NCBI GenBank assembly: GCA_963755715.1
Contig: CAVWLW010000043.1
Coordinates: 113,604 to 177,603, forward strand
Length of the DNA stretch: 64,000 bases
Reading direction: 5' to 3'
From: an uncultured delta proteobacterium
GTDB lineage: Bacteria > Desulfobacterota > Binatia > UBA9968
The position numbers and the translations under genes are program-made. Shown here piece by piece: positions 62,521 to 64,000 of the stretch (position 1 is its first letter; every line of letters begins with the position of its first letter). The notes under the pieces were generated by a model. The model was not told the DNA's origin and made no database searches. It saw only the letters and a program-made list of their open reading frames with translations.

Positions 62521-62541
62521 GCCGCACGTGTGAGCTCCGTT

Positions 62542-64000
<1,459 letters not shown>

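Overview
Bacterial chromosomal window of moderately high GC. The gene content (amidohydrolase_2, NMT1-type and ABC_sub_bind binding proteins, Rieske oxygenase, UbiD, LLM, orphan coxGMS, ccsA-hemACDB, rpoZ-rpoH) resembles Deltaproteobacteria-like soil lineages such as Ca. Binatia; this placement is inference. Many genes carry single-base indels, most densely after about 59.8 kb, which suggests long-read consensus error rather than real pseudogenes. From left to right the window holds: an ABC/NodT efflux operon, an amidohydrolase, a Cache-HAMP-GAF-GAF histidine kinase, a lower-GC patch with an IS200/IS605 remnant, two signal-peptide SAM methyltransferases, an alkylation-repair operon led by an ECF sigma factor, a dpp-type ABC transporter, heme synthesis genes, cytochrome c', penicillin acylase, comDE-like genes, rpoZ/rpoH, coxGMS, ubiD, trmL/dtd/lgt, and a Type I restriction-modification locus with an inserted PD-(D/E)xK-like gene. 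The three most notable observations are: (1) two selenoproteins missed by the ORF track, a GST with UPY and an exported peroxiredoxin with FSPT-U, each with an in-frame UGA at the catalytic Cys position followed by a SECIS-like hairpin; (2) an ECF sigma factor coupled to an Ogt fused to a C-terminal Ada zinc domain lacking the AraC HTH, a candidate sigma-based adaptive response to alkylation; (3) intergenic inverted short-tandem-repeat arrays of several periodicities. No rRNA, tRNA or CRISPR array was recognised.
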